Positions 47,762 to 57,146 of a DNA stretch of 64,000 nt are shown here, piece after piece (within the stretch, counting starts at the first letter, position 1; each line of letters starts with the position of its first letter). The stretch comes from Candidatus Giovannonibacteria bacterium RIFCSPHIGHO2_12_FULL_44_22. GTDB taxonomy: Bacteria; Patescibacteriota; Minisyncoccia; UBA11713; 2-01-FULL-45-33. The position numbers were made by a program, and so were the translations under genes. The notes beneath the pieces are model-generated. The model searched no databases. It was not told the origin of the DNA and worked only from the letters and a program-made list of their open reading frames with translations. The stretch spans positions 210 through 64,209 of the forward strand of contig MFHU01000004.1 in NCBI GenBank assembly GCA_001778695.1, given 5' to 3'.

Positions 47762-50700
47762 TTTGATGAAAAGGAGATTTTGAATTTTTGGGAGAAAAAT
47801 AAGATTTTTGAGCGCAGTGTAAATAACAGAAAAGGCAAGAAACCGTTTATTTTTTATGAGGGCCCGCCGACGGCCAATAATGTCCCGCATATGGGGCATT
47901 TTGAAACGCGCGTTTTTAAAGATGTAGTTTTAAGGTATAAAACAATGCGTGGGTTCTACGCGCCCCGCCGAGCGGGGTGGGACACGCACGGTCTGCCGGT
48001 GGAGGTGGAGGTTGAAAAAACCTTGGGGCTGAAAAATAAAAAAGATATAGAAAAATATGGCATTGCGGCTTTTAACAAAAAGTGCAGAGAATCGGTTTGG
48101 AAATATAAGGAGCTTTGGGAAAGGATGACACATCGCATGGGTTTTTGGATAGATATGGAACGCCCCTATATCACTTATGGAAATTCTTACATAGAATCTC
48201 TTTGGGGAATAATAAAAAAATTCGCGGATAAAAATTTGCTTTATGAAGATTACAAAGTAATGCCCTGGTGCGCGAGGTGTGGCACGGCATTATCCAGCCA
48301 TGAATTGGCACAAGGATATGAGAAAATCAACGAAAACTCTATTTTCGTTAAATTTCCAATTCGCCTGCCGGACGGACAGGTTTCCAATTCACAATTTTCA
48401 AACTCATATTTTCTAGTTTGGACAACAACTCCCTGGACATTGCCTGGAAACGTTGCCTTGGCTGTGAATCCAAAAATTGATTATGTCTTTGCAAAAAAAG
48501 ATGATTCAGACGAAACGCTGATTTTAGCGGAATCGCGAGTATCTGCTTTGGGAGAAGAATTTAAAATTTTAAAAAAAGCGCGCGGATCAGAATTTGTCGG
48601 CAATAAATATGAACCATTATATTCAAATAACGCTCCATATAAAGTAGTCGGTGGCGATTTTGTTTCTGCGGAAGAGGGCACGGGCATTGTTCATATCGCT
48701 CCAGCTTTTGGCGAAGACGATTTTCAACTTTCCAAAAAATTTAATTTGCCGGTTCTTGCGACAACGGATGAGCGTGGTCTGATGCGCGCGCCGGGAAAAC
48801 CATGGAATGGCGAGTGGTTTTCCGCCCTAGGCGGACCCGCCTCTGGCGGGAAAAAAGCGAACGAATTAATTATTGAAGACCTAAAATCACGCGGACTTTT
48901 ATTTAAAACTGAACTTTACGAACACGATTATCCATTTTGCTGGAGATGCAAAACGCCCTTGATGTATTTCGCCAGAAAATCTTGGTGGGTGGACGTAAAT
49001 AAAGTGAGAAAAAATCTGATAGCCAATAACCGCTCCATAAATTGGTATCCCGAGCATACTAAAGAGGGCCGGATGGGCGAGTGGCTGAAGGAAGAAAAAA
49101 ATTGGGCGTTTTCTAGAGAACGTTATTGGGGCACACCTTTGCCGATTTGGCGGTGCGAAAAGTGCAAGAAATGGGAAACATTCGGTTCAATAGAAGAATT
49201 AAAAAAACGCAACGCAACTTCAGGAAATAAATATTTTATAATGCGCCACGGAGAGGCGGAGAGCAACATAAAAAATATTGTGAACGGGGACATAAATAAA
49301 AATCACTACCCGCTTACACCGAGAGGCAAAAAACAAGTTGAGGTCTCGGTTAAAAATTTGCTTAAGAAAAAAATAAAACCCGATTTAATTTTTTCTTCCC
49401 CGTTTTTGCGCGCAGAAGAAACAGCAGAACTCATCGGGCAAAAATTAAGCATTGATAAGCAAAATATAAAAATTGATCCGCGATTTGGGGAAGTATATTG
49501 GGGTATTTTTGATGATACTGACCCTGCCAAATATCACGCTTATTATAAAAATCCGTTGGAGAAATTCGAGAAAGCTCCGCCGGAAGGCGAATCATTTTTG
49601 GATGTTAAAAAAAGAGTTTGGGACGCGCTTTCAGAGATTGAAGCGAGATACAAAAATAAAACCGTTTTAATAATAAGCCATGAAGACCCTATTTGGATGC
49701 TTTGGGCGGCCGCGGAAGGCAAAAACAATACGGAGTCGCTTTTGGAAAACAAAAAGCGAGATCAGTTTATAAAAACCGCAGAGTTTATCGAATTAAATCC
49801 TAATTTCCCGGCGCTTCCGCGCGACGAGAGTCTGATTTTGAATTTACACAAGCCGTATATTGATGAAATTAAATTAAAATGCCAATGCGGAGGCCAAATG
49901 CGAAGAGTGTCGGAGGTTTGCGATGTTTGGTTTGATTCGGGGGCAATGCCATTTGCGGCCAAGTATTATCCCAAATTGTATCCATCGGACTACATAACAG
50001 AAGGAGTTGATATGACTCGCGGATGGTTTTACACGCTTTTGGCCGTGGCTACTTTGCTTGGTAAAAAAGCGCCTTACAAAAATATAATTTCATTAGGGCA
50101 TGTTTTGGATGAAAAAGGGAAGAAGCTTTCCAAATCTTTGGGAAATTTTGTGGACCCGATGATTTTGATTGAAAAATACGGCGCGGAGCCGGCTCGGTGG
50201 TATTTTCTTACGGTAAACCAGCCGTGGGATTCCAAGCTTTTCAGGGAAGCAGACATCAAAGACGCCTCGCGCAGATTCCTCGTGATTCTGTGGAATGTTT
50301 TGCAATTTTGGAAAATATATGGAGGGAAATCTGGGAAAATTATTAGGTCCAAACTTCTAATCAATAAATGGGTTTTGGCGAAACTATCTGAAACCGCAAA
50401 TGCTATCACAAAAAAACTAGACAATTATGATATTGTCGGCGCCGCGCGCGAGCTGGAAAATTTTGTGACGGAGGATATTTCCCGTTGGTATATTCGCCGG
50501 ATTCGCGACGTGATGAAAGAAAATTCCTCCGTATCCAAAGAGACAAGTGCGGTTTTGCGCCATGTGCTTTTGGAAATTTCAAAACTTCTCGCCCCCTTCG
50601 CGCCGTTTATTTCGGAAAAAATTTGGTTGGAACTCGGAAATAAAAATAGCGTTCATCTGGAAGATTGGCCTCGCGGCCTGGAAATACAGCGAGGCAGTAT

Positions 50701-51151
50701 TTTGAAATTCATGCAAGAAACCAGAAGGATAGTTGGTCTTGCGCTGGAGGAGAGAGCCAAAGTAGGTATTAAAGTTAGACAGCCGCTCGCGCTTTTAAAA
50801 TTAAATAAAACTTATTCAAAACTCACCGCGGACTTTTTAGCGTTAATTAAAGCCGAGGTCAATGTTAAAGATATTGTTTTTGATTCTACATTGAAGGACG
50901 AAGTCCGGTTAGATACAAATATTACACCAAAATTAAAAGAAGAAGGCCTGCTCCGCGATCTTATCCGCGAAATCCAATCGGCTAGAAAAACGGCTGGTTT
51001 GAAGCCCAAAGACAAAGTAGCCGCCCAAATCTTCCTACCAAAAGAAATTTTAGAAATCGCCGAAAAATATGAAAAAGACTTAATGAAAGAGACAGGTTTA
51101 AAATCTCTCCACCTTTCCGAATCTCCCGCAATAAAAATTTCATTGAAATAA
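47759..51151 (+). CDS. ileS: Isoleucine--tRNA ligase with inserted histidine-phosphatase (PGM-like) domain
   Basis: HMGH, KLSKSLGN, DVWFDSG; RHGEAESN ... ISHEDPIWMLW module inserted at ~49225..49800 between CxxC and CxC. Confidence 0.9.
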   Translation: MFDEKEILNFWEKNKIFERSVNNRKGKKPFIFYEGPPTANNVPHMGHFETRVFKDVVLRYKTMRGFYAPRRAGWDTHGLPVEVEVEKTLGLKNKKDIEKYGIAAFNKKCRESVWKYKELWERMTHRMGFWIDMERPYITYGNSYIESLWGIIKKFADKNLLYEDYKVMPWCARCGTALSSHELAQGYEKINENSIFVKFPIRLPDGQVSNSQFSNSYFLVWTTTPWTLPGNVALAVNPKIDYVFAKKDDSDETLILAESRVSALGEEFKILKKARGSEFVGNKYEPLYSNNAPYKVVGGDFVSAEEGTGIVHIAPAFGEDDFQLSKKFNLPVLATTDERGLMRAPGKPWNGEWFSALGGPASGGKKANELIIEDLKSRGLLFKTELYEHDYPFCWRCKTPLMYFARKSWWVDVNKVRKNLIANNRSINWYPEHTKEGRMGEWLKEEKNWAFSRERYWGTPLPIWRCEKCKKWETFGSIEELKKRNATSGNKYFIMRHGEAESNIKNIVNGDINKNHYPLTPRGKKQVEVSVKNLLKKKIKPDLIFSSPFLRAEETAELIGQKLSIDKQNIKIDPRFGEVYWGIFDDTDPAKYHAYYKNPLEKFEKAPPEGESFLDVKKRVWDALSEIEARYKNKTVLIISHEDPIWMLWAAAEGKNNTESLLENKKRDQFIKTAEFIELNPNFPALPRDESLILNLHKPYIDEIKLKCQCGGQMRRVSEVCDVWFDSGAMPFAAKYYPKLYPSDYITEGVDMTRGWFYTLLAVATLLGKKAPYKNIISLGHVLDEKGKKLSKSLGNFVDPMILIEKYGAEPARWYFLTVNQPWDSKLFREADIKDASRRFLVILWNVLQFWKIYGGKSGKIIRSKLLINKWVLAKLSETANAITKKLDNYDIVGAARELENFVTEDISRWYIRRIRDVMKENSSVSKETSAVLRHVLLEISKLLAPFAPFISEKIWLELGNKNSVHLEDWPRGLEIQRGSILKFMQETRRIVGLALEERAKVGIKVRQPLALLKLNKTYSKLTADFLALIKAEVNVKDIVFDSTLKDEVRLDTNITPKLKEEGLLRDLIREIQSARKTAGLKPKDKVAAQIFLPKEILEIAEKYEKDLMKETGLKSLHLSESPAIKISLK
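48821..48850. repeat. 30-nt double-hairpin palindromic element (degenerate copy), in-frame in ileS
   Basis: TCCGCCCTAGGCGGACCCGCCTCTGGCGGG encodes SALGGPASGG. Confidence 0.8.
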
Positions 51152-51158
51152 AAAAATA

Positions 51159-51174
51159 GGGGCGACTTCGCCCC
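51159..51174. terminator. GC hairpin (GGGGCG-ACTT-CGCCCC) between convergent ileS and 51202 gene
   Basis: T-run on minus-strand side (rc of AAATAAAAAAATAG). Confidence 0.55.
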
Positions 51175-51201
51175 AATTCGGGACCAGATTGATTCCAAAA
51201 C

Positions 51202-51585
51202 CTAATTTGGCCATAGCGCGAGCAATTTTATCAGCCCGCCATCAAAAATGAACAGGAACAGCCAGTGCCCGGCTGAGATTGCTATGACAAACGGCCAGGC
51301 AATCTGTATCAGTCTCCATTGCCACATTGCCATTTCTTCTCCGCCGCAAAACAGATATACGCCATTCCCCATGACTGTTTCCACTAGCCCTGAGCCGACC
51401 ATGTTTTTGCAGGCTCGCTCAATGTCGCCCGCGATCAAATATCCGACATTGAGATAGATTGCCGCGATAAACAGAAGTATTAAGATTCCTACTACTAGCT
51501 TCTTCTTGCGATATTTGGCATTTACTGCCTCCGCCATTTTTTGGCCGTCAATCCTGCTATCATCCCTGCTAATACTACTTTCCAT
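51202..51585 (-). CDS. Hypothetical membrane protein (127 aa)
   Basis: Strong SD AAGGAGGGG upstream; 3 TM. Confidence 0.45.
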   Translation of the reverse strand: MESSISRDDSRIDGQKMAEAVNAKYRKKKLVVGILILLFIAAIYLNVGYLIAGDIERACKNMVGSGLVETVMGNGVYLFCGGEEMAMWQWRLIQIAWPFVIAISAGHWLFLFIFDGGLIKLLALWPN

Positions 51586-51717
51586 AAAATACCCCTCCTT
51601 TTGGGTTGTTTTTGAGCCTAAATAAGGCTAGTTTTTATTGTTCTCTGCTTCTATTATACACCCAAAGGAGGTGGTTGTCAATAGTGACAATTCGGACAGA
51701 TGATATAAGCTTTAGAT

Positions 51718-52005
51718 ATGGCTAACGGTACTATAACAATAATTCCTAAAAAAATTACCGGTGGAGTTGAAGATTTGGTCATGTTGCCGCGCGGTGAATT
51801 TGAGGAAATGCAGGAGCGCCTGCGCCAAGTGCCGGTCCTGAAAAGATACGAAATTGTACATCATCAAAAAAAACAATACCAAGTTCCAGTATATCAATTG
51901 ATTGGAAAAGCAGCTTCGCGTCTTGATAGAAGAGTCAAAGCGGCTCTGAGAGAATTTAAGGCTGGCAGAACAAAGCCGCTTAAGTCTTTGGCGGAGCTTA
52001 GGTAA
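51718..52005 (+). CDS. Putative antitoxin (AbrB/MazE-like N-terminus)
   Basis: Small ORF immediately upstream of RelE-like toxin; C-terminus related to the 61729 ORF (RTKPLKSLAELR vs KTRKLKSFRDLR). Confidence 0.4.
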   Translation: MANGTITIIPKKITGGVEDLVMLPRGEFEEMQERLRQVPVLKRYEIVHHQKKQYQVPVYQLIGKAASRLDRRVKAALREFKAGRTKPLKSLAELR

Positions 52006-52019
52006 TAATTTTGAAGTAG

Positions 52020-52280
52020 ATGAATATCTATAAATTGCCGCGGTTTGATCGCAGATATAAAAAATTACCTGCTAAAATTAAAGACCGCGCAGAAGAACGC
52101 GAGGCAATTTTTAAATTAAACCCATTCGATCTTAGACTAGAAACGCACAAGCTTCATGGCAAACAAAAAGACGAATGGTCGTATTCCATCGGCTATGATT
52201 ACCGCATTATGTTTATATTCCTAAAAAACGGCGATGTTATATATACCGATGTCGGGACACACGACGAAGTTTATATTTGA
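52020..52280 (+). CDS. RelE/ParE-family toxin
   Basis: LETHKLHGKQKDEWSYSIGYDYRIMFIF...GTHDEVY. Confidence 0.6.
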   Translation: MNIYKLPRFDRRYKKLPAKIKDRAEEREAIFKLNPFDLRLETHKLHGKQKDEWSYSIGYDYRIMFIFLKNGDVIYTDVGTHDEVYI

Positions 52281-52361
52281 ATAAAAAAACTTTGGCCAAA
52301 GAAACCAATCTAAAATCCCTATACCCCCCGAATCCATGGAAACAAAAATTTCACTGAAATA

Positions 52362-52922
52362 ATGCCCAGCGCGTATTTTAAAACCGAAGGTTTAATTATT
52401 AAAAAGATGCCTTTTGCGGAGGCGGATTTTTTGGTGAGAGTTTTTACGAAAGATTTCGGCAAAATGGACGCGCTGGCGAAAGGCGCGAGGAAAACCGCTT
52501 CAAAACTCAATCCGCATCTGGATATTTTAAACCATATCCGCATGCAGTTTGTGAAAAACGGCGAGCGGATTTCGACATTAATGGACGCCGAGATTATCTC
52601 TAAATACGATGATTGGTTTTTGACCGCGGATAAACTCTCTGTCGCGGGAAGAATTTTACAGGTAATTGATATGGTTATTCTGCCCGGCGCCAAAGACGGA
52701 AAATTATTTTTTATGTTACTGGATTTTTTTTCCGCCCGAGGCGGATCCGCCTTTGGCGGAGGATCTTTTGAGACTGTGGCAATAAATTTCCTCCGCAATT
52801 TTTTTAAGCACGAGGGCTACGGCGACACTTTGCCGGGTAGTGAAGCGCAGCTCTACTACCCGGCTTTGCCAGATTATTGTAGAGAAGCTATTATTAAACT
52901 TTGGCCTCAATTAAAAAATTGA
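52362..52922 (+). CDS. recO: DNA repair protein RecO (short, C-terminal region remodelled)
   Basis: N-terminal OB-fold FKTEGLIIKKMPFAEADFLVRVFTKDFGKMDALAKGARK; 186 aa; C-terminus carries two palindromic inserts. Confidence 0.65.
   Translation: MPSAYFKTEGLIIKKMPFAEADFLVRVFTKDFGKMDALAKGARKTASKLNPHLDILNHIRMQFVKNGERISTLMDAEIISKYDDWFLTADKLSVAGRILQVIDMVILPGAKDGKLFFMLLDFFSARGGSAFGGGSFETVAINFLRNFFKHEGYGDTLPGSEAQLYYPALPDYCREAIIKLWPQLKN
52731..52760. repeat. 30-nt double-hairpin palindromic element, in-frame in recO
   Basis: TCCGCCCGAGGCGGATCCGCCTTTGGCGGA encodes SARGGSAFGG. Confidence 0.9.
52833..52863 (+). repeat. 31-nt mini version of the start-codon hairpin element, in-frame inside recO
   Basis: CCGGGTAGTGAAG-CGCAG-CTCTACTACCCGG encodes PGSEAQLYYP. 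Confidence 0.75.
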
Positions 52923-52923
52923 T

Positions 52924-53199
52924 ATGAAGTTTTATTATGTTTATCTTTTAGAAAGCATTAAGAATGGCAATTTATATATTGGCTATACTAAGGATTTACT
53001 TAGGCGTATTAAAGAACATAATCAGGGTTTAAATTTTTCTACTAAACCTTATCGTCCTTGGCGTTTAATTTATTACGAGGCATGTCTTAACGAGAAGGAC
53101 GCGGAGAGAAGAGAAAAATATTTAAAGACAAATCAAGACGCCAGGCTCATTAAGCGCAGAATAAAAGAATATCTTTATTTAAAGCGCATTCAGGAGTAA
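52924..53199 (+). CDS. GIY-YIG domain protein (YhbQ/UPF0213-like), paralog of 3799..4062
   Basis: YVYLLESIKNGNLYIGYTKDLLRRIKEHN. Confidence 0.7.
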   Translation: MKFYYVYLLESIKNGNLYIGYTKDLLRRIKEHNQGLNFSTKPYRPWRLIYYEACLNEKDAERREKYLKTNQDARLIKRRIKEYLYLKRIQE

Positions 53200-53208
53200 T
53201 ATAAAAAT

Positions 53209-53598
53209 ATGAAGCCAGAATCAATTAATCACATACTGCTTATGGTTAGTAATGTGAAAAAAACCGAGAAGTTTTATGTCAAAATTTTGGGCAAACCAAT
53301 ACATAAAGACAAAGATTCTGTGGCATGGAAAATTAGGGACACAAAATTATTTTTCGGTTTGCCATTTAAGAAATTGAGAGGCAATGTGTTTAATCGAAAT
53401 CACATTGGTCTCAATCATTTGGCTTTCGCGGTTCGTACTTTGAACGAATTGAAGAAATGGGAGAAAAAATTAAATGACTCAGGAATTAAAAACAGTGGGA
53501 TAATTAAAGATAAATACAAAAATCAAGATTATATTTGGTTTGATGACCCAGATAATATAAGACAGGAATTTTATCTACATCCACCTAATGAGGAATGA
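53209..53598 (+). CDS. VOC/glyoxalase-like family protein
   Basis: HILLMVSNVKKTEKFYVKILG ... HLAFAV. Confidence 0.5.
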   Translation: MKPESINHILLMVSNVKKTEKFYVKILGKPIHKDKDSVAWKIRDTKLFFGLPFKKLRGNVFNRNHIGLNHLAFAVRTLNELKKWEKKLNDSGIKNSGIIKDKYKNQDYIWFDDPDNIRQEFYLHPPNEE

Positions 53599-53608
53599 AA
53601 CTAAAAAC

Positions 53609-53753
53609 TATGCCAGGTAGTGAAATTTCGCATCGTCGCTACGCGACGCGCTTTTATTGAGTGTGGCAGGCGCATTATTTTAAGGTATAATGGTTTTATG
53701 TTCAACAACGTCAAAACAATTACTAGCAATGCGAAATTCTACTACCTGGTATG
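53609..53753 (+). repeat. Start-codon-associated hairpin element, long form, copy 6
   Basis: Shares subterminal TTTCGCATC/ATGCGAAA with short copy 4; 137 nt; 3' ATG = start of 53751 gene. Confidence 0.85.
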
Positions 53754-55625
53754 GCCAATCTTGAAGAGCTGAAAAAACGGCTTTATAAAGAAAAAGAAGC
53801 ATTTGGCGAGCGTATGATCTCGCCGGAACTTGCCCGCTCGAAAAGAGCGAAGGCTTTTTTTTGGCACGAAACCGCGAGGGAAGTCAGCCGTAATGGATGG
53901 TTTTTGTGGGCGCTGGTTTTAGTTTTTATTTTAATTTTTTTGGGATTCCTATTTTTTATTTTCGGTTCGCCCACGATTTTTAAATCACAAAAAGTTGAGT
54001 TAAAAATTGAGGGAGCCAAGGAAATAAAAAGCGGAGATAGGATAACTTGGCAGGTGAAAGTAACCAACAACAATAGCGACACTTTAGAGGGCGCGGCTTT
54101 GGTTTTTAATTTTCCGGACGGAGCCATGCCGGCGGTTGGCGCCAAGCCCGCGGGAATTTTTAGGGAACGGCGCTCTTTGGGGAAAATCCTCCCGGGCGAG
54201 AGCGCCTCGGAAAATTTTGACGCCTTTGTTTTTGGCGGCCGGGGCGCCTTAAAAGAAGCTTCTGCGGTTTTGGAATACCGCCCGGCTGGAGGAAGCGCGG
54301 TTTTTGCCACTGACACGTCTTTTCAATTTTCCGTCGCCAGCGCGCCGGTCACGGTTTCGTTTAAGATGCCGGGGGATCTTCGCATAGGCCAGAGGGTGGA
54401 AATAGAAGTGGATTACGGTTCGCAGGCTGCCGAAATTGTCCCCGGCCTTTCGCTGATGCTCACATTGCCGGACGGTTTTGAATTTATTTCCGCTTCGCCC
54501 GCAGCTTCGGCGCAAAATAAAAATATTTGGCCGGTAGGAAACCTGAAACCCTCTCAAACCGGGTCCATAAAAATAAAGGGCATTGTGAGAGGCGCCAATC
54601 TTGAATCAAAAGTTTTTAAAGCGGCTTTGGGGATTCTTAATGAAGCCGACAATTCTTTTTTGGCTTACGATGAAATTATGGAGCCCGCTATATTGCACGC
54701 GCCGTTTTTGGAAGCCGATATTTTGGTGAATGACCAGCAGAAATACATCGCTTTTCCCGGGGACACGCTTTCTTTTGAGATAAGATTAAAAAATAATTTG
54801 CCGACCGAGGTTAAAAACGCGAGCCTGGAGGCAAAAATAGAAAGCGCGGACGGCGCGGCCGACTTGGGCTCCATCAGAGTAGAAGGCGGATCATACAGTG
54901 AGTCGTCCAAAAGTATTTTATGGAACGCTTCCACTCACGGCGCATTTAAAGTGTTAGCTCCGGACGCGGAGGACAGAGTGACTTTCTCGGTTAAAGTAAA
55001 AAATAATTTGCCGCTTTCAAGCGAGTCTTTGCGCCCGTCAATAAAATTAAGCGTCACGTTTAATCCTGGCGGAGAGGTGGCCGGATTTTCTGGCACGGAC
55101 GTGTCCGGGTCGGTGGCGCTGGAAATTAAAGTTTCTTCCAAACTGCAAGCGGCGGCCAGCGCGCTTTATGCGAATTCCATCATTTCCAACAGCGGCCCTC
55201 TGCCACCCAAGACGGGGCAAGAAACAACTTACACAGTTTTCTGGTCGCTGGCCAATATGGCAAATGACGTTGATAATGTCGTGGTGAAATCTTCTCTGCC
55301 GCCGTATATTAATTTTAAAAATGTGATTATGCCTGCGGATGCCGATATTTCTTTTGATAAAGCCAGCAATGAAATTATTTGGAAGGTTGGAAGAATTCCG
55401 GCCGGAATCGGTTTTTTGCGCCCCGCCATCCAGGTAGCTTTTCAAGTGGGGCTTACGCCTTCTCAAAATCAGGTGGATACGGCGCCGGTTATTTTAAACG
55501 CCACGGAAGTTTCTGGCCGCGATACTTATACCGACCAAATTTTGAATTCCGGCGACGGCCCGATCTCCACCGACCTTCCGGACGACCCCAATATTGGATT
55601 TAGCCAGAAAAAAGTAGTACCATAA
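53751..55625 (+). CDS. Large membrane-anchored protein with beta-rich repeats (DUF11/CARDB-like)
   Basis: N-terminal cytoplasmic stretch, one TM (~aa 50-75), ~540-aa Ser/Thr/Asn-rich ectodomain with VKVxNN repeats. Confidence 0.55.
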   Translation: MANLEELKKRLYKEKEAFGERMISPELARSKRAKAFFWHETAREVSRNGWFLWALVLVFILIFLGFLFFIFGSPTIFKSQKVELKIEGAKEIKSGDRITWQVKVTNNNSDTLEGAALVFNFPDGAMPAVGAKPAGIFRERRSLGKILPGESASENFDAFVFGGRGALKEASAVLEYRPAGGSAVFATDTSFQFSVASAPVTVSFKMPGDLRIGQRVEIEVDYGSQAAEIVPGLSLMLTLPDGFEFISASPAASAQNKNIWPVGNLKPSQTGSIKIKGIVRGANLESKVFKAALGILNEADNSFLAYDEIMEPAILHAPFLEADILVNDQQKYIAFPGDTLSFEIRLKNNLPTEVKNASLEAKIESADGAADLGSIRVEGGSYSESSKSILWNASTHGAFKVLAPDAEDRVTFSVKVKNNLPLSSESLRPSIKLSVTFNPGGEVAGFSGTDVSGSVALEIKVSSKLQAAASALYANSIISNSGPLPPKTGQETTYTVFWSLANMANDVDNVVVKSSLPPYINFKNVIMPADADISFDKASNEIIWKVGRIPAGIGFLRPAIQVAFQVGLTPSQNQVDTAPVILNATEVSGRDTYTDQILNSGDGPISTDLPDDPNIGFSQKKVVP

Positions 55626-55633
55626 AAAATCAA

Positions 55634-56863
55634 ATGGAAAATCAAATGGAAAAAATAGTAAGCTTAGCCAAACGGCGCGGATTTGTGTTCCCGGGCTCGG
55701 AGATTTACGGCGGTTTTGCCGGAACATACGACTACGGGCCCTTGGGCGCGGAATTGGCGCATAACATCAAGGAACTTTGGTGGAACCATTTTGTAAGAAA
55801 TCATGAAGAGATGTTTGGGCTCGCAAGCAGTATTTTAATGCCGGAAGCGGTATGGAAAGCCAGCGGACACTTAGAAGGTTTCGCCGATCCATTCGGTGAA
55901 GGCCAGCGCTTTAATTTGATGTTTAAAACCGAAGTTGGGGCGACCAAACCCGAAAATGCTTATTTGCGACCGGAAATCGCGCAAGGGATGTTTACTAATT
56001 TTAAAAATGTTTTAAATACAATGTGCCCAGAATTGCCTTTCGGCATTGCCCAGATCGGCAAAGCTTTCAGAAACGAAATCGCGCCTAGGGATTTTCTTTT
56101 CAGAGTCCGCGAGTTTGATCTGATGGAATTTGAGTATTTTGTAAAAGAGTCGGAGTGGGAAAAATATTTTGAAAAATGGCGCAAGGAAATGTGGGCTTGG
56201 ATAGAACGCGTCGGAATTGATAAAGAAAAAGTGAACGAGCTTGAAGTGCCTAAAGAAGACCGGGCGCATTATTCAAAAAGAACTATTGATTTTGAGTTTG
56301 AATATCCCTTCGGCAAGAAGGAACTTTACGGCTTGGCTTACCGCGCCGATTTTGACCTCTCTAATCATATGAAGCATTCTGGGGTTGATTTGAGATATAC
56401 CGACCCTGCCTCAGGAGAAAAATTTATTCCGCACGTGATTGAGCCGACTTTCGGATTGGGGCGCACGGTGCTTGCGGTTTTACTTTCGGCTTACCGCGAA
56501 GACGAACTAGGAGGAGAAAAGCGCGTATATTTGGCATTCAAGCCGCAAATTGCCCCGGTTACTGCCGCTGTGTTTCCGCTTGTTAAAAACAAGCCGGATT
56601 TGATCGCGAAAGCAAGAGAAATTTATCAAAATCTTAAACGTTCCATGCTTTATGTTTCAAGTTTTACGATTGCCTGGGACGACAACGGCAACATTGGCAA
56701 GCGCTACCGCAGGCAAGATGAAATCGGCACGCCCTGGTGCGTGACGATTGACTACCAAACTTTGGGAGACGATACCGTCACCATCCGCGACAGAGATACT
56801 GGAAAACAAGAACGGCATCCAGTTGCCGAGCTTGATAAGTATTTTAAGGAGATGTTAAAATAG
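55634..56863 (+). CDS. glyS: Glycine--tRNA ligase (class II, alpha2 type)
   Basis: KRRGFVFPGSEIYGG..., class II motifs; 409 aa. Confidence 0.85.
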   Translation: MENQMEKIVSLAKRRGFVFPGSEIYGGFAGTYDYGPLGAELAHNIKELWWNHFVRNHEEMFGLASSILMPEAVWKASGHLEGFADPFGEGQRFNLMFKTEVGATKPENAYLRPEIAQGMFTNFKNVLNTMCPELPFGIAQIGKAFRNEIAPRDFLFRVREFDLMEFEYFVKESEWEKYFEKWRKEMWAWIERVGIDKEKVNELEVPKEDRAHYSKRTIDFEFEYPFGKKELYGLAYRADFDLSNHMKHSGVDLRYTDPASGEKFIPHVIEPTFGLGRTVLAVLLSAYREDELGGEKRVYLAFKPQIAPVTAAVFPLVKNKPDLIAKAREIYQNLKRSMLYVSSFTIAWDDNGNIGKRYRRQDEIGTPWCVTIDYQTLGDDTVTIRDRDTGKQERHPVAELDKYFKEMLK

Positions 56864-56887
56864 AAGAAGAAAATACAGGAGGAACAT

Positions 56888-57079
56888 ATGAAAGATATAA
56901 ATAATCGCTTGCATGAGATTTTGCGATTGGAATCAGAAGCGCTCAAAAGATGCGTAGATCTTGGCGAGCAGATAGAGTTGCTCCAAAAAGCCGATAAAGT
57001 GGCGATGGCCATGCGGGGGGTTGCCAAATTCAATGTGATAAAGGCGGTTTATAGGGAAGCCATCAATAAAGGCAAATAA
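56888..57079 (+). CDS. Small hypothetical protein (63 aa)
   Basis: SD AGGAGG upstream; helical. Confidence 0.3.
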   Translation: MKDINNRLHEILRLESEALKRCVDLGEQIELLQKADKVAMAMRGVAKFNVIKAVYREAINKGK

Positions 57080-57146
57080 ACAACAGCGGCTCGTTTCTAA
57101 AAAATGAGCCCATTTTTATTTTTGAAAAAGTGTGTTAAATTAAATC

